From an uncultured delta proteobacterium (GTDB lineage: Bacteria > Myxococcota_A > UBA9160 > SZUA-336), in NCBI GenBank assembly GCA_963704165.1, contig CAVPHD010000006.1, positions 32,001-96,000 on the forward strand: a DNA stretch of 64,000 nucleotides. The letters are read 5' to 3'. Made by a program: the position numbers and the translations under genes. Positions within the stretch are counted from its first letter, which is position 1. The number at the start of each line of letters is the position of its first letter. The notes beneath the pieces were generated by a model that searched no databases, was not told the origin of the DNA, and was given only the letters and a program-made list of their open reading frames with translations. Below are positions 21,962-31,168 of the stretch, piece after piece.

Positions 21962-22810
21962 ATGGCTGACTCACCGCGAAGTGACGAGCGAATCATCGGC
22001 CCGGTGTCGGTAGAAGGCGCGGGAATCGCACCCGGTCGCGACCGGCTCGCGGGACGCCGGATCCTGGTCGTCGGCGCGGGCACGCAGGCCAGCCCCGAGC
22101 TCGACGCGCCGATCGGCAACGGGCGCGCGATCGCGCTGCTCGCCGCGCGGGAAGGCGCTTCGGTCGCGTGCGCGGACATCGATCCGAACGCGGCGAGAGA
22201 GACGCTCTCGCAGATCGAGAAGGAAGGGGGCCGCGGCTGCGTGATCGTCGGCGACGTCTCCGAACCTTCCGCCTGCGTTCGGATCGTCGCCGAGGCCGAG
22301 CACACGCTCGGCGGAGTCGACGGCTTGGTTCTGAACGTCGGCATCGCGGCGGGCGCACGGCTCGCCGGCACCGATGCCGAGGCCTGGGACCGGACCTTCG
22401 CGGTGAATCTGCGCGCGCACTTCCTGATCGCGCGCGAGCTCCTGCCCCGCCTGGCGCCCGGCGCCTCGATCGTCTTCATCAGCTCGATCGCCGCGCTCGG
22501 TCCGGGCTCGCGCCTGCCGTCGTACGACGCGTCGAAGGCCGGGCTCGCGGGGCTGATGCGCCACGTCGCGTTCGAGGGCGCGCGAAGCGGAGTCCGCGCG
22601 AACGTCGTACTCCCCGGACTGATCGACACGCCGCTCGGCCGCAGCGCGACGCGCGGCCGTCCGTCGCGCGCGCGCACGCCGGTTCCGCTCGGGCGCCAGG
22701 GGACGGGCTGGGAAGTCGCGCACGCCACGGTCTTCCTGCTCTCGGGCGAAGCGAGCTACATCACGGGCCAATCGCTCGTCGTGGACGGCGGACTCTCCGC
22801 GCTGACCTAG
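21962..22810 (+). CDS. SDR oxidoreductase
   Basis: 'VVGAG...IGNGRA', 'YDASK', 'NVVLPGLIDT' and 'YITGQSLVVDGG'. Confidence 0.9.
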   Translation: MADSPRSDERIIGPVSVEGAGIAPGRDRLAGRRILVVGAGTQASPELDAPIGNGRAIALLAAREGASVACADIDPNAARETLSQIEKEGGRGCVIVGDVSEPSACVRIVAEAEHTLGGVDGLVLNVGIAAGARLAGTDAEAWDRTFAVNLRAHFLIARELLPRLAPGASIVFISSIAALGPGSRLPSYDASKAGLAGLMRHVAFEGARSGVRANVVLPGLIDTPLGRSATRGRPSRARTPVPLGRQGTGWEVAHATVFLLSGEASYITGQSLVVDGGLSALT

Positions 22811-24282
22811 CGCCGAGACGGCGCGTTCATGCGCGCGAGCCGCGGGTCGAGCTCCGGCTGAAGCGTCGACGGACGCGATGCGGCCTCGATCTCGACGAGC
22901 GCGTCGTCGAGATCGCGTCCGAGCTGGTCGAGGTCCGGCGCGAGCTCCCAGTCGCCGATCAGTCCCCAGCAGAGCTTGCCGTCGTAGCTGAGCGCGGCGA
23001 CGCCAAGACCCTGGCGCGCGAAGAGCGGCAGCTGCGGATGGATCTCGAGAACGCGCGCGCCGAGCAGGTAGAGCGGCTGCTGCGGCCCCGGCACCGTCGA
23101 GACGATCAGGTTGTAGGGATGCAGCCGCGTCGCGAGATCGACCCCGAGGCGCGTCAATGCGACCGATCCCGTTGCGTCGGCGAGGTTGCTGAGCAGCTCG
23201 ATGCCACGGGCCGCGTCGGTCTGCCTCAGCCGCAGCTTCTGTTCACGGATCTGCCGGAAGCGCTCGCGCGGGTCGGGCTCGTCGATGGGCAGCGAAACGA
23301 AAAGGGCCGAGACGTGGTTCGCTTCGTCGATCTCGCCCGACGTCCCGCGCCGATTCACGGGGATGCACACCTTGTAGTCGAGCTTCGCGAGCGGCACGCC
23401 GCGTCCGATCAGGTAGCTGCGGATCGCTCCCGCGACGAGCGCGAGCACGACGTCATTCAGCGTTCCGTCGAGCCGGTTCTTCAGCGCCGTCAGCCGTGCG
23501 AGCTCGGTGGTGCGGAGCGCCGCGCGTCGGTGCGGGCCGATACGCTCGTTGAAGGGCGTCTCCGCGGGTGGGAGCAGCGCGCCCGAGAGCGACGTCGCGA
23601 CCGCGCGGCCGCTCTCGACGAGGCCCGTGAGCGCCGCCCCGGGATCCCGCGCGACGGCCGCGGCCGCCCCGAGCAACCGGATCGGAAGCGCCAATCGCCG
23701 AACGAGCTCGTCGATGCCGAGCCGGAACGTGCCCGGATGCGCGCGTGCCTCGAAGTCGAGAACGCGTGAACCCTCGTGGACCTCGGGCGAGGGCGAGAGC
23801 AGCTTCGCGAGCACCCCCATTCCGCCGACGGCATCGACCATGCAGTGGTGAAGTTTGGAGATCATCGCGAATCGGTCCCCGGTGAGGGAGTCGACGATCC
23901 ACGTCTCCCAGAGCGGTTTCTCGCGATCGAGGTGCTGGGAGAGGATCCGACCGACGAGCGCCTCGAGCTGGGCGTCGGTTCCCGGGGTGGGCAACGCGGT
24001 GTGGCGCACGTGGTAGCCGAGGTTGAAGTGTTCGTCGTCCACCCAGATCGGCCGGCGCGTGATCGGCGTCCACGCCAGACGCTCCCGGTGGTGCGGCATG
24101 TCGTCGAGCGTCGCCTCGATGTGCGCGGCGATGCGATCGAAGTCGAGCGCGCCGTCCGCGCGCGCGAGCTTCGCCCGCTCGAAGATCGAGACCGCCGCCA
24201 CGTGCATCGGCGTGGCCCGGTGCTCGAAGTGGAGGAACCAGCGGTCCTTGGAGGAAAGGGGCTCGTAGCCCGACGTTCGCAT
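22807..24282 (-). CDS. Wax ester synthase/diacylglycerol acyltransferase (WS/DGAT)
   Basis: 'PMHVAA', 'WVDDEHFNLGYHVR', 'LDREKPLWE', active-site-like 'HHCMVDA' (canonical HHxxxDG), 'TLNDVVLA' and 'VPGP'. Confidence 0.9.
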   Translation of the reverse strand: MRTSGYEPLSSKDRWFLHFEHRATPMHVAAVSIFERAKLARADGALDFDRIAAHIEATLDDMPHHRERLAWTPITRRPIWVDDEHFNLGYHVRHTALPTPGTDAQLEALVGRILSQHLDREKPLWETWIVDSLTGDRFAMISKLHHCMVDAVGGMGVLAKLLSPSPEVHEGSRVLDFEARAHPGTFRLGIDELVRRLALPIRLLGAAAAVARDPGAALTGLVESGRAVATSLSGALLPPAETPFNERIGPHRRAALRTTELARLTALKNRLDGTLNDVVLALVAGAIRSYLIGRGVPLAKLDYKVCIPVNRRGTSGEIDEANHVSALFVSLPIDEPDPRERFRQIREQKLRLRQTDAARGIELLSNLADATGSVALTRLGVDLATRLHPYNLIVSTVPGPQQPLYLLGARVLEIHPQLPLFARQGLGVAALSYDGKLCWGLIGDWELAPDLDQLGRDLDDALVEIEAASRPSTLQPELDPRLARMNAPSRR

Positions 24283-24294
24283 GCCCGACGGGCG

Positions 24295-25437
24295 TCAGCC
24301 GGCGGCGTTTGCGGCGCTCACCGGCGCGATGCCCAGATCGTTCATCATCATCGTGAACTTGCTGCGCGGGATCCGATCCTCGAATCCGGCACGGCGCAGA
24401 CGGTGGAAGTACTCCTGCATCTGCTTCACCTGCAGGTCACCGACGATCTTCACGCCGTCTGCGATCTGGGCGGGTTTCGTGCCCTTGCCCGCGAGCACGA
24501 TCATGCACTCGGTGAGCGCGGCGTCGAACTGGCTGATCGTGACCGACTCCCCCTCGTCGAGCGCCGAGTGAAGCTGTTCCTTGCGCTCCGGCGTATGGTC
24601 GATGGTCCACTTCAGGTGCTGCAGGCCGTACGAGACGTGACGTGCCTCGTCCTGCATCACGAGCTGGAACATGCGCTTGTCCACGGGCGTCGGCGAAATG
24701 AACTCGCTGAAGCGGAACATCGTCAGGATGTTGCCCTCGGCCAGGAGGTGCATGAACGCCGAAGCGTCGCTGTAGGTGTCGCCGTCGAGGATCGCCTTGA
24801 GGGAGTGCTCGGCCTGCGGCAGCGCCTCCATCAGACCGACGCCGCCCGCGAGCGCCCGCTTTCGGAACACTTCGGCGTGTCGCGCCTCGTCCATCGCTTG
24901 CGTGGCGATGAAGTGCTTCACCTCGTGGAACTGGTTGTTCATCCGCCAGAGCCACTTCGCCGGCAGGTCGGTCGCGATCATCTCGACCTCGGTGAAGAAC
25001 GTGCAGAGCTGCGCGAATGCGACCTCGAGCTCCTCGCTGCGCTCGTACTTGTCGAGATCGCCCCAGGGAATGTCCGTCGTCGCGTCCCACTGGCGCGAGA
25101 CCGCTTCCTCCGTGAACGACGCCACCTTGTACGCCCAGACGTCGGACTTGCGGTTCAGCTCCGGCTCGAGATCGGCCTGGACCTTCGGGTCGAAGGCCGC
25201 GCCCCGCGGCACCGCGCCCCGCGGCCCGCGCGGAACCTCGGGGAGCTCGTCGTAGCCGTAGCTGCCCTTGTTCACGTCGAGGTAGGTGAACCCGCGCTTC
25301 GGGTTCTCCTGCGAGAATCGCAGCTTCTCGGTGCCGGCCTTCATCCAGCCGAGATCGAGGTTGCCCTTGCGGATGTCGCGCATGCGCAACGCGAGGTCGG
25401 AGTTGCGGCTCCAGTCGATCGGTCCGTAGTAGCTCAT
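24295..25437 (-). CDS. Ferritin-like diiron carboxylate protein with an intact ligand set
   Basis: E...ExxH...E...ExxH pattern: 'TEVE', 'MDEARH', 'LAEG', 'QDEARH'. Confidence 0.85.
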   Translation of the reverse strand: MSYYGPIDWSRNSDLALRMRDIRKGNLDLGWMKAGTEKLRFSQENPKRGFTYLDVNKGSYGYDELPEVPRGPRGAVPRGAAFDPKVQADLEPELNRKSDVWAYKVASFTEEAVSRQWDATTDIPWGDLDKYERSEELEVAFAQLCTFFTEVEMIATDLPAKWLWRMNNQFHEVKHFIATQAMDEARHAEVFRKRALAGGVGLMEALPQAEHSLKAILDGDTYSDASAFMHLLAEGNILTMFRFSEFISPTPVDKRMFQLVMQDEARHVSYGLQHLKWTIDHTPERKEQLHSALDEGESVTISQFDAALTECMIVLAGKGTKPAQIADGVKIVGDLQVKQMQEYFHRLRRAGFEDRIPRSKFTMMMNDLGIAPVSAANAAG

Positions 25438-25456
25438 CGCTCTCCCCTTCCCCGGC

Positions 25457-26539
25457 TCAGCTGCGGAGCAGCCGCAGGAACTCCGGCAACGGGCTGCGCG
25501 AGCGGCGGTCGCCAAGACCCGCCGCCATGCAGCGCCTGAAGTATTCGTCGGTCGTCCGCTCGTAGAGGCCGGCGACGGGCTCGAATCCGCCCGAGATCAG
25601 CACGAGCGGCTCGATCATCTCGGGCGCGCCGAGCGCCCCGACGAGCGCGTTCTCGGACAGGTCGAGGTGGTTCGAGATCCGCTCGGCCTCGATCGGCCGC
25701 GCGTGCAGCAGGCCGCGGATGTGATCGACGCCGTAGGCGATGAAGCGCGTCGCATCCTGCGCGAGTCGAACGCCGAGGAACGAGTCCACCGCGTTGGTCG
25801 CGGTGTATTCGAGGTGACGTCCGATCGCCTGAATCCACGAGAAGAGCAGGAGGTTCATCGAGGCCGAGGCCTCGGGGTACGAGTCGGCGGTGAAGATCGA
25901 CTTCAGAAACGCACCGAACTCCGGACAATCGACCCCGAGCTGGCCGTCCCCCGCGAGCGCGCGTTTCCGGAACGCCTCGGAGATGCGCGCGGCGTCGTAC
26001 ATCTGCACGCACATCAGGTACTTGATCTCGTGGAACTCCTGGTTCATCCGGAACTCGTACGAAGCGGCCGTGTCGCAGGCGACGAATCCGGCCGAGACCA
26101 GATTCGTCGAGAGCTGGCGGATGGCGTGCGCGACCTGCTCGGAGTGACCCGGCTCGTCGAGCGCGGTCCAGGGCACGTCGTGCGCCGGCGCCCAGCGCCG
26201 GGACTTCGCCTCCTCGAAGAGGGTCGGTGCGACCTCGGCCCAGACATCGCTCTTTCGATTCAGGCGGTAGCCGAGCGACGGCAGGCCCGGGGGCAGGATC
26301 GCCCCGCGCGGCGCCATCGAGAAGTTGTGCCGCACGACCTCGGGGAGGTGATCCGGCGAGTACGCGCCGTGGTTGATGTCGGTGAGCGTCAGCCCCCGCG
26401 CGGGTTGGCTGGGCCGGAACGAGGCCCGCTCGCCGATCTTCTTCATCCACGACAGGTCGAGCTGGCCGGAGATCGTGCGGATCATCTTCGCGACGATCTC
26501 GGGATCCTGGCTGTAATCCTTGGGTGCGATGTAGGACAT
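25457..26539 (-). CDS. Ferritin-like paralog lacking metal ligands
   Basis: Collinear with 24295-25437 ('LNRKSDVWA', 'FHE.K', 'FRKRALAG'), but the ligand positions read 'SAG', 'DAARI', 'LLF' and 'DATRF'. Confidence 0.8.
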   Translation of the reverse strand: MSYIAPKDYSQDPEIVAKMIRTISGQLDLSWMKKIGERASFRPSQPARGLTLTDINHGAYSPDHLPEVVRHNFSMAPRGAILPPGLPSLGYRLNRKSDVWAEVAPTLFEEAKSRRWAPAHDVPWTALDEPGHSEQVAHAIRQLSTNLVSAGFVACDTAASYEFRMNQEFHEIKYLMCVQMYDAARISEAFRKRALAGDGQLGVDCPEFGAFLKSIFTADSYPEASASMNLLLFSWIQAIGRHLEYTATNAVDSFLGVRLAQDATRFIAYGVDHIRGLLHARPIEAERISNHLDLSENALVGALGAPEMIEPLVLISGGFEPVAGLYERTTDEYFRRCMAAGLGDRRSRSPLPEFLRLLRS

Positions 26540-26547
26540 CGGTTCTC

Positions 26548-26970
26548 CTACGAGGCCTTCACTTCGAGATACCGCGCCTGGTCGAAGAACTCCTGGATCG
26601 ATGCCATGAAGCGGTAGAACTTGTCGTGCCCTTCGGCGTCGGCGGTTTCGACCCGGAGCAGGTCGCCGACGTGCGAGAGCGTGTTCAGGGTGTGCTTCGC
26701 GTCCGCGCCGCCGTGCTCGACGATCGCCTCGATCATCTCCTTCCAGATCGCCGGCGAACCGCTGAGGACGAAGTCGAGCCGCGCGGGATCTCCGCCCTCC
26801 TGGACGTGGACACACTCGTAGACCTCGAACCCGATCGTGTAGAGGTCCTTCCCGACCCGAACGCCGAAGCTCGTGTCGCAGTAGCCGAGCTTCTCGAATC
26901 GGACCTTGTCTTCCTTCGTGCGCTGCTGGAGCGCCTGAAAGAACTCGAGCGATGGGAAACGGATCGCCAT
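26548..26970 (-). CDS. Small protein, probable SCP2 (sterol carrier)-like fold
   Basis: 140 aa with 'RFPSLEFFQAL' and 'DFVLSGSPAIWKEMI', resembling bacterial SCP2-like domains. GGAGGA RBS. The fold is inferred. Confidence 0.55.
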   Translation of the reverse strand: MAIRFPSLEFFQALQQRTKEDKVRFEKLGYCDTSFGVRVGKDLYTIGFEVYECVHVQEGGDPARLDFVLSGSPAIWKEMIEAIVEHGGADAKHTLNTLSHVGDLLRVETADAEGHDKFYRFMASIQEFFDQARYLEVKAS

Positions 26971-26989
26971 GACATCCTCCGCGCGGGTC

Positions 26990-27002
26990 TAGAACGATTT
27001 TA
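26990..27002 (-). promoter_or_regulatory. -10 element (TAAAAT) within an imperfect palindrome upstream of the diiron operon
   Basis: Minus strand reads TAAAATcGTTCTA, an AT-rich island about 25 nt before the ATG at 26970. Confidence 0.4.
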
Positions 27003-27074
27003 CGCCAGCAAGGTCCGTTCCCGCAGCCGACGTCGCACGGGCGGGATCTCCCGCGCGGCCTGCTGCAACCCGCC

Positions 27075-27845
27075 TCAGCTCCCGAAGGAGCCGTGGCGCC
27101 CGGCCCCTCGCGCGAATCGCGAAGCCCCCTCGAGCGTCTCGCCCGAGGCGATCACCTCGAGCCCGAGGCGCGTCTCGAGGCGAAGCGCATCGTCCTGCGA
27201 GAGCGGCCACTGCTGATAGGAGGAGAGCCGGTCGCTGCGCAGGCATCGCTGCGGGAACGCGGCGAGCTGGCGCGCGAGCTCGATCGCTTCCGGCAGGGCG
27301 CGGCCCGGATCGACCAGCCGGTTCGCGAGCCCCATCATGCGCGCCTCTTCACCCGAGACGCCGCGGCCGGTCAGGATCAGATCGAGCGCGTGGGAGTGGC
27401 CGATCATGCGGGCGAGGCGAATCGTTCCGCCGTCGATCAGCGGCACGCCCCAACGGCGGCAGAAGACGCCGAAGACCGCGTCGCGCGCGGCCACGCGCAG
27501 GTCGCACCAGATGGCGAGCTCGAGGCCGCCGGCGACCGCGTAGCCCTCGACCGCGGCGATCACCGGCTTGCCGAGCAGCATGCGCGACGGCCCCATCGGA
27601 CCGTCGCCGTCGGGGCTGACGCGATTCCCGCGCCCCTCCGAGACGCCCTTCAGATCGGCACCGGCGCAGAAGGTCCCCTTCGCTCCGGTGAGAACCGCCA
27701 CCGACGATGATTCGTCCGCGTCGAAGCGCCGGAACGCCTCGGCGAGCGCCGATGCGGTCGGACCGTCCACCGCGTTGCGCGCGGCCGGCCGGTCGATCGT
27801 CACGATCGCGACCGGCCCGTCGGTCTCGTAGCTGACTTCCGCCAT
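27075..27845 (-). CDS. Enoyl-CoA hydratase/crotonase family protein
   Basis: 'RNAVD', 'FCAGADL', 'KPVIAAVEGYAVAGGLELA' and 'RRWGVPLIDGGT'. Confidence 0.95.
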   Translation of the reverse strand: MAEVSYETDGPVAIVTIDRPAARNAVDGPTASALAEAFRRFDADESSSVAVLTGAKGTFCAGADLKGVSEGRGNRVSPDGDGPMGPSRMLLGKPVIAAVEGYAVAGGLELAIWCDLRVAARDAVFGVFCRRWGVPLIDGGTIRLARMIGHSHALDLILTGRGVSGEEARMMGLANRLVDPGRALPEAIELARQLAAFPQRCLRSDRLSSYQQWPLSQDDALRLETRLGLEVIASGETLEGASRFARGAGRHGSFGS

Positions 27846-27912
27846 CGTGCCCTCCGAAATCCGTCCAGCGACCGTACCACGCGCGCGCGTCTGCTAGCGT
27901 ACGCGCGCCGCC

Positions 27913-30291
27913 ATGGATGCCCCGATCCTGTCACTTCCTCCGACCGGGCTCGTCGCCATCCTGGTCTCGCTCACGTACCTCGCCCTCGCGGTCGTGCGCA
28001 TTCGGCCGGAATGGGTGGTGGACCACGCGCGCGCCGTGCTCGGCGTGCTCGCGGCGATCTCGCTCGTCGCCGCCGTCGCGCTCGTCGATCTGCGCACGCT
28101 CGAGCCGCGCGTCCGCCTCGACGCCTCCGAAGAGCCGCTGATGCTCCGCCACGATCCGGCGCGGGCGGTCTACGCCGAGGCCATCCGCACGTTCGGCAAC
28201 GACGACATCTACGTGATCGCGATGCTCACCGACGACGTCTTCACGGAGGCCGATCTCGGAGCGCTGCGTCGGATCAGCCACGCGGTCCTGAAGCTTCCAG
28301 GCGTGCGGCGCGCCGAGAGCCTGGTCGACATCCCGAGCTATCGCTGGGATCCGGAGAAGCTCTGGCTCGACGTCTCGGACTTCATCGACGACATCCCCTC
28401 CGAACCCGCGAGGCTCGTGGATCTGCGCCGGCGCGCGCTCGCCGATCCGATCTATCCGAAGCTGGTCGTGTCGCGCGACGGCTCGGCCGCCGCGATCAAC
28501 CTGTCCTTCCACGAGATCGGCGACCGGGCGTTCGTCGATCTCGGGCTCGACGACGCGATTCGCGCGATCGCGCAGGCGGAGACGGCCCCCGGCCGCGAGT
28601 TCCGTTTCGCGGGACGCCCCCACGTGAAGTCGCGCGCCGCGCTGATCATGGCGCGGGATCTCTCGCTCCTGATCCCGCTCGCGGTCCTCGTCGCGGCGTT
28701 GGTGGTCTTCCTGACGACGGGCTCCGTGCGCGGGGTGTTCTCGCCGCTGCTCGCGTGCCTGACGTCGGTGCTCTGGACGTTCGGCCTGCTCGCGTTCGCC
28801 GGGCTCTCGATCAACCTGATCACGATCGTGCTCGGCCCGATCCTGATCACGCTCGGCGGGCTGTACGGCGTGCACATCATCGCGCGCTGGGAGCAGGAAC
28901 GAGAGCACGTGGACAACGCGCGCGATGCCGCGCTCGCGACGCTCCGCGACGTCTTCGTTCCGGTCGTCCTGTCGGGCGTCACGACCAGTGCGGGATTCGC
29001 CGCGCTCGCTCCCGGTGGCATTCCGGGCATCGAGGAGCTCGGCACGTTCGCGCTCTTCGGAACGTCGGTGCTGACGCTGATCTCGATCACCGGGATCCCC
29101 GCCGCGCTCGCGCTGCTTCCGCACCGAAAGGGCGCGAGCGGGACGACGCGCTCCGGTGCGACCTTCGGACGAAGACTCGACGACGGGCTCGCCCGGCTCG
29201 CCGTCGCCTGCTGCACGCACGCGACTCCGATTCTGATCGCTTGGGGCGTGATGACGGCGATCGGGATCGCCGCGCTGCCGCGAATCGTGATCGACACCGA
29301 CTACCTGACCTACTTCGCCGAGAGCTCGCAGGTCCGACGCGACTTCGCGTCGGTCAACGAGCGTCTGATCGGACCGGTGCCGCTCTACGTCGAGCTGATC
29401 GGCGAGATCGAGGGCACGTTTCGGGAGCCCGAGAACCTGCGCCGGATCGAGGCGCTTCAACGCGAGATCGAGGCGCTTCCCGGAGTGGCCGCGACGATCT
29501 CGATGGTGGACCCGCTTCGGCTCCTGAATCGCGCGCTCGAGCGCGGCGATCCCGACGAGGAGCGCATCCCGGACACGCGCGAAGAGGTCAGCGATCTCGT
29601 CTTCATGGTTCCGAAGGCGGAGCTGCGCCGCTTCGCGAATTCGAACCACAGCGAAGCGAACGTGATCGTGCGCACGGGCGAGCTCGGCTCGCGCGCGGTG
29701 CGAACATTGGTCGGACGGATCGAGGACGTCGTCGCGCGGCTCGAGCTCGAGCCCGGGCTGCGTGTCGAGGTGACCGGCAATGCGGTCGTGCTGAACCGCA
29801 GCGCCGATTCGCTCTCGGGAAACCAGATCGCGAGCATCGCGCTCGCGAGCGCGACCATCTTCGCCCTCGTCTACGGGGTCTTCCGCTCGTTGCGCGTCAG
29901 CCTGCTGGTGATGATTCCGAACCTTGCGCCGGTGATCCTGTTCTTCGGCTTGCTCGGGCTCGGGCTCGCCCCGCTCTCTCTGCCGACGAGCATGATCGGA
30001 TGCGTCGTGCTCGGAGTCGCGGTGGACGACACGGTCCATGTGCTGGTGTCGTACCGGCGCATGCGCGAGCGGGGATCGTCGCCCGAGGACGCGGTGCTCG
30101 AGACCCTGCGTCGGGTCGGCCGGCCGGTCGTGATCTCCTCGCTGATGCTGGTCGCGGGGTTCCTGACGATCATGATCTCGGGCTTCGCGACGATCGTCGA
30201 GTTCGGCTACCTAACGGCGCTCACGATGGCGATCTGCCTCTGCGCCGATCTGATCATGCTGCCGGCGCTACTCGTTCGCGCTCGCGCGTAG
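27913..30291 (+). CDS. MMPL/RND-family lipid transporter
   Basis: Duplicated TM plus periplasmic architecture; 'SGVTTSAGFAAL', 'LGVAVDDTVH' and 'LIMLPALL'. Confidence 0.9.
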   Translation: MDAPILSLPPTGLVAILVSLTYLALAVVRIRPEWVVDHARAVLGVLAAISLVAAVALVDLRTLEPRVRLDASEEPLMLRHDPARAVYAEAIRTFGNDDIYVIAMLTDDVFTEADLGALRRISHAVLKLPGVRRAESLVDIPSYRWDPEKLWLDVSDFIDDIPSEPARLVDLRRRALADPIYPKLVVSRDGSAAAINLSFHEIGDRAFVDLGLDDAIRAIAQAETAPGREFRFAGRPHVKSRAALIMARDLSLLIPLAVLVAALVVFLTTGSVRGVFSPLLACLTSVLWTFGLLAFAGLSINLITIVLGPILITLGGLYGVHIIARWEQEREHVDNARDAALATLRDVFVPVVLSGVTTSAGFAALAPGGIPGIEELGTFALFGTSVLTLISITGIPAALALLPHRKGASGTTRSGATFGRRLDDGLARLAVACCTHATPILIAWGVMTAIGIAALPRIVIDTDYLTYFAESSQVRRDFASVNERLIGPVPLYVELIGEIEGTFREPENLRRIEALQREIEALPGVAATISMVDPLRLLNRALERGDPDEERIPDTREEVSDLVFMVPKAELRRFANSNHSEANVIVRTGELGSRAVRTLVGRIEDVVARLELEPGLRVEVTGNAVVLNRSADSLSGNQIASIALASATIFALVYGVFRSLRVSLLVMIPNLAPVILFFGLLGLGLAPLSLPTSMIGCVVLGVAVDDTVHVLVSYRRMRERGSSPEDAVLETLRRVGRPVVISSLMLVAGFLTIMISGFATIVEFGYLTALTMAICLCADLIMLPALLVRARA

Positions 30292-31125
30292 CGCGTCCAC
30301 CGATTTCAGGCGCTGGGGCGCGAAGATCGAATCCTCGATCACCGGGTTGTCGACCACACGATCGATCTCGAGCACGGACTTCGTCTTCTCGGACAGGTCG
30401 TACATCGTGCTCTCGAGCGGAATCCAGACGCCGGAGTACGGCTTGATCTTCCCGCGCGGAATCTCGAGCTGCTTCACTTCGACGCCCGCTTCGTCCCAGT
30501 GTCGGGTGCGCAGCGGGACGTCGTAGTCCTTGTCGACGTAGAGCAGGCTCCGAGCGTAGGCCGGGTCCGTCTCGGGTCGGTGGTTCACGTCCACGACCCA
30601 GACGGGGACGCCCTGGACCTCTTCGTCGGGAAGACGTTCGTAGGTCGCGTCGTCGATGTGACTGACCACGGCCAAGTCGTCGAGGCTGAAGTCACTGCCG
30701 AAGATCGACTCCTTCGCGGGCGCGATCCGCATCACACGCTCTCGCTTGCGCGAATAGTGGAACCCCTCGTCCTCGGTGCCCTTCCGCTCGATGAACAGGT
30801 ACGCGGTGTCGCGTTTGTCGTAGGGCTCGGTGAACTTCATGATCGTCTTCGAGATGACCGTGCCCTTGGGCGCGGACTCGGACGTGCGAAGATCCTTGAA
30901 ACGCGACCAGAACTTCAGGTTCTGGACGCTCCCGCCGGGATCGGTCGAAGACATCCGATGCTCGAAGTACGCCGTCTCGAGCTTGTTGTCGAGAACGCGT
31001 TGGTAGATCGCGCGCCCGTCGAGCCCGTCGGTCCCGGGCAAGGCATCGTCGGCGGCGCGCGACGTCGGAGCGACGAGCGGGAGAGACAGGAAGAGCAGGA
31101 GGATCCGGGCGTTCCGCACTCGCAT
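30268..31125 (-). CDS. LolA-like periplasmic protein (outer-membrane lipoprotein-sorting family)
   Basis: Signal peptide; 'MKFTEPYDKRDTAYL', 'RVMRI', 'SIFGSDFSLDDL' and 'IEDSIFAPQRL'. Confidence 0.8.
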   Translation of the reverse strand: MRVRNARILLLFLSLPLVAPTSRAADDALPGTDGLDGRAIYQRVLDNKLETAYFEHRMSSTDPGGSVQNLKFWSRFKDLRTSESAPKGTVISKTIMKFTEPYDKRDTAYLFIERKGTEDEGFHYSRKRERVMRIAPAKESIFGSDFSLDDLAVVSHIDDATYERLPDEEVQGVPVWVVDVNHRPETDPAYARSLLYVDKDYDVPLRTRHWDEAGVEVKQLEIPRGKIKPYSGVWIPLESTMYDLSEKTKSVLEIDRVVDNPVIEDSIFAPQRLKSVDALRASANE

Positions 31126-31168
31126 GGCCGGACATCGTGCGAAACCGACGCGGCCGCTTCAACTCCGG

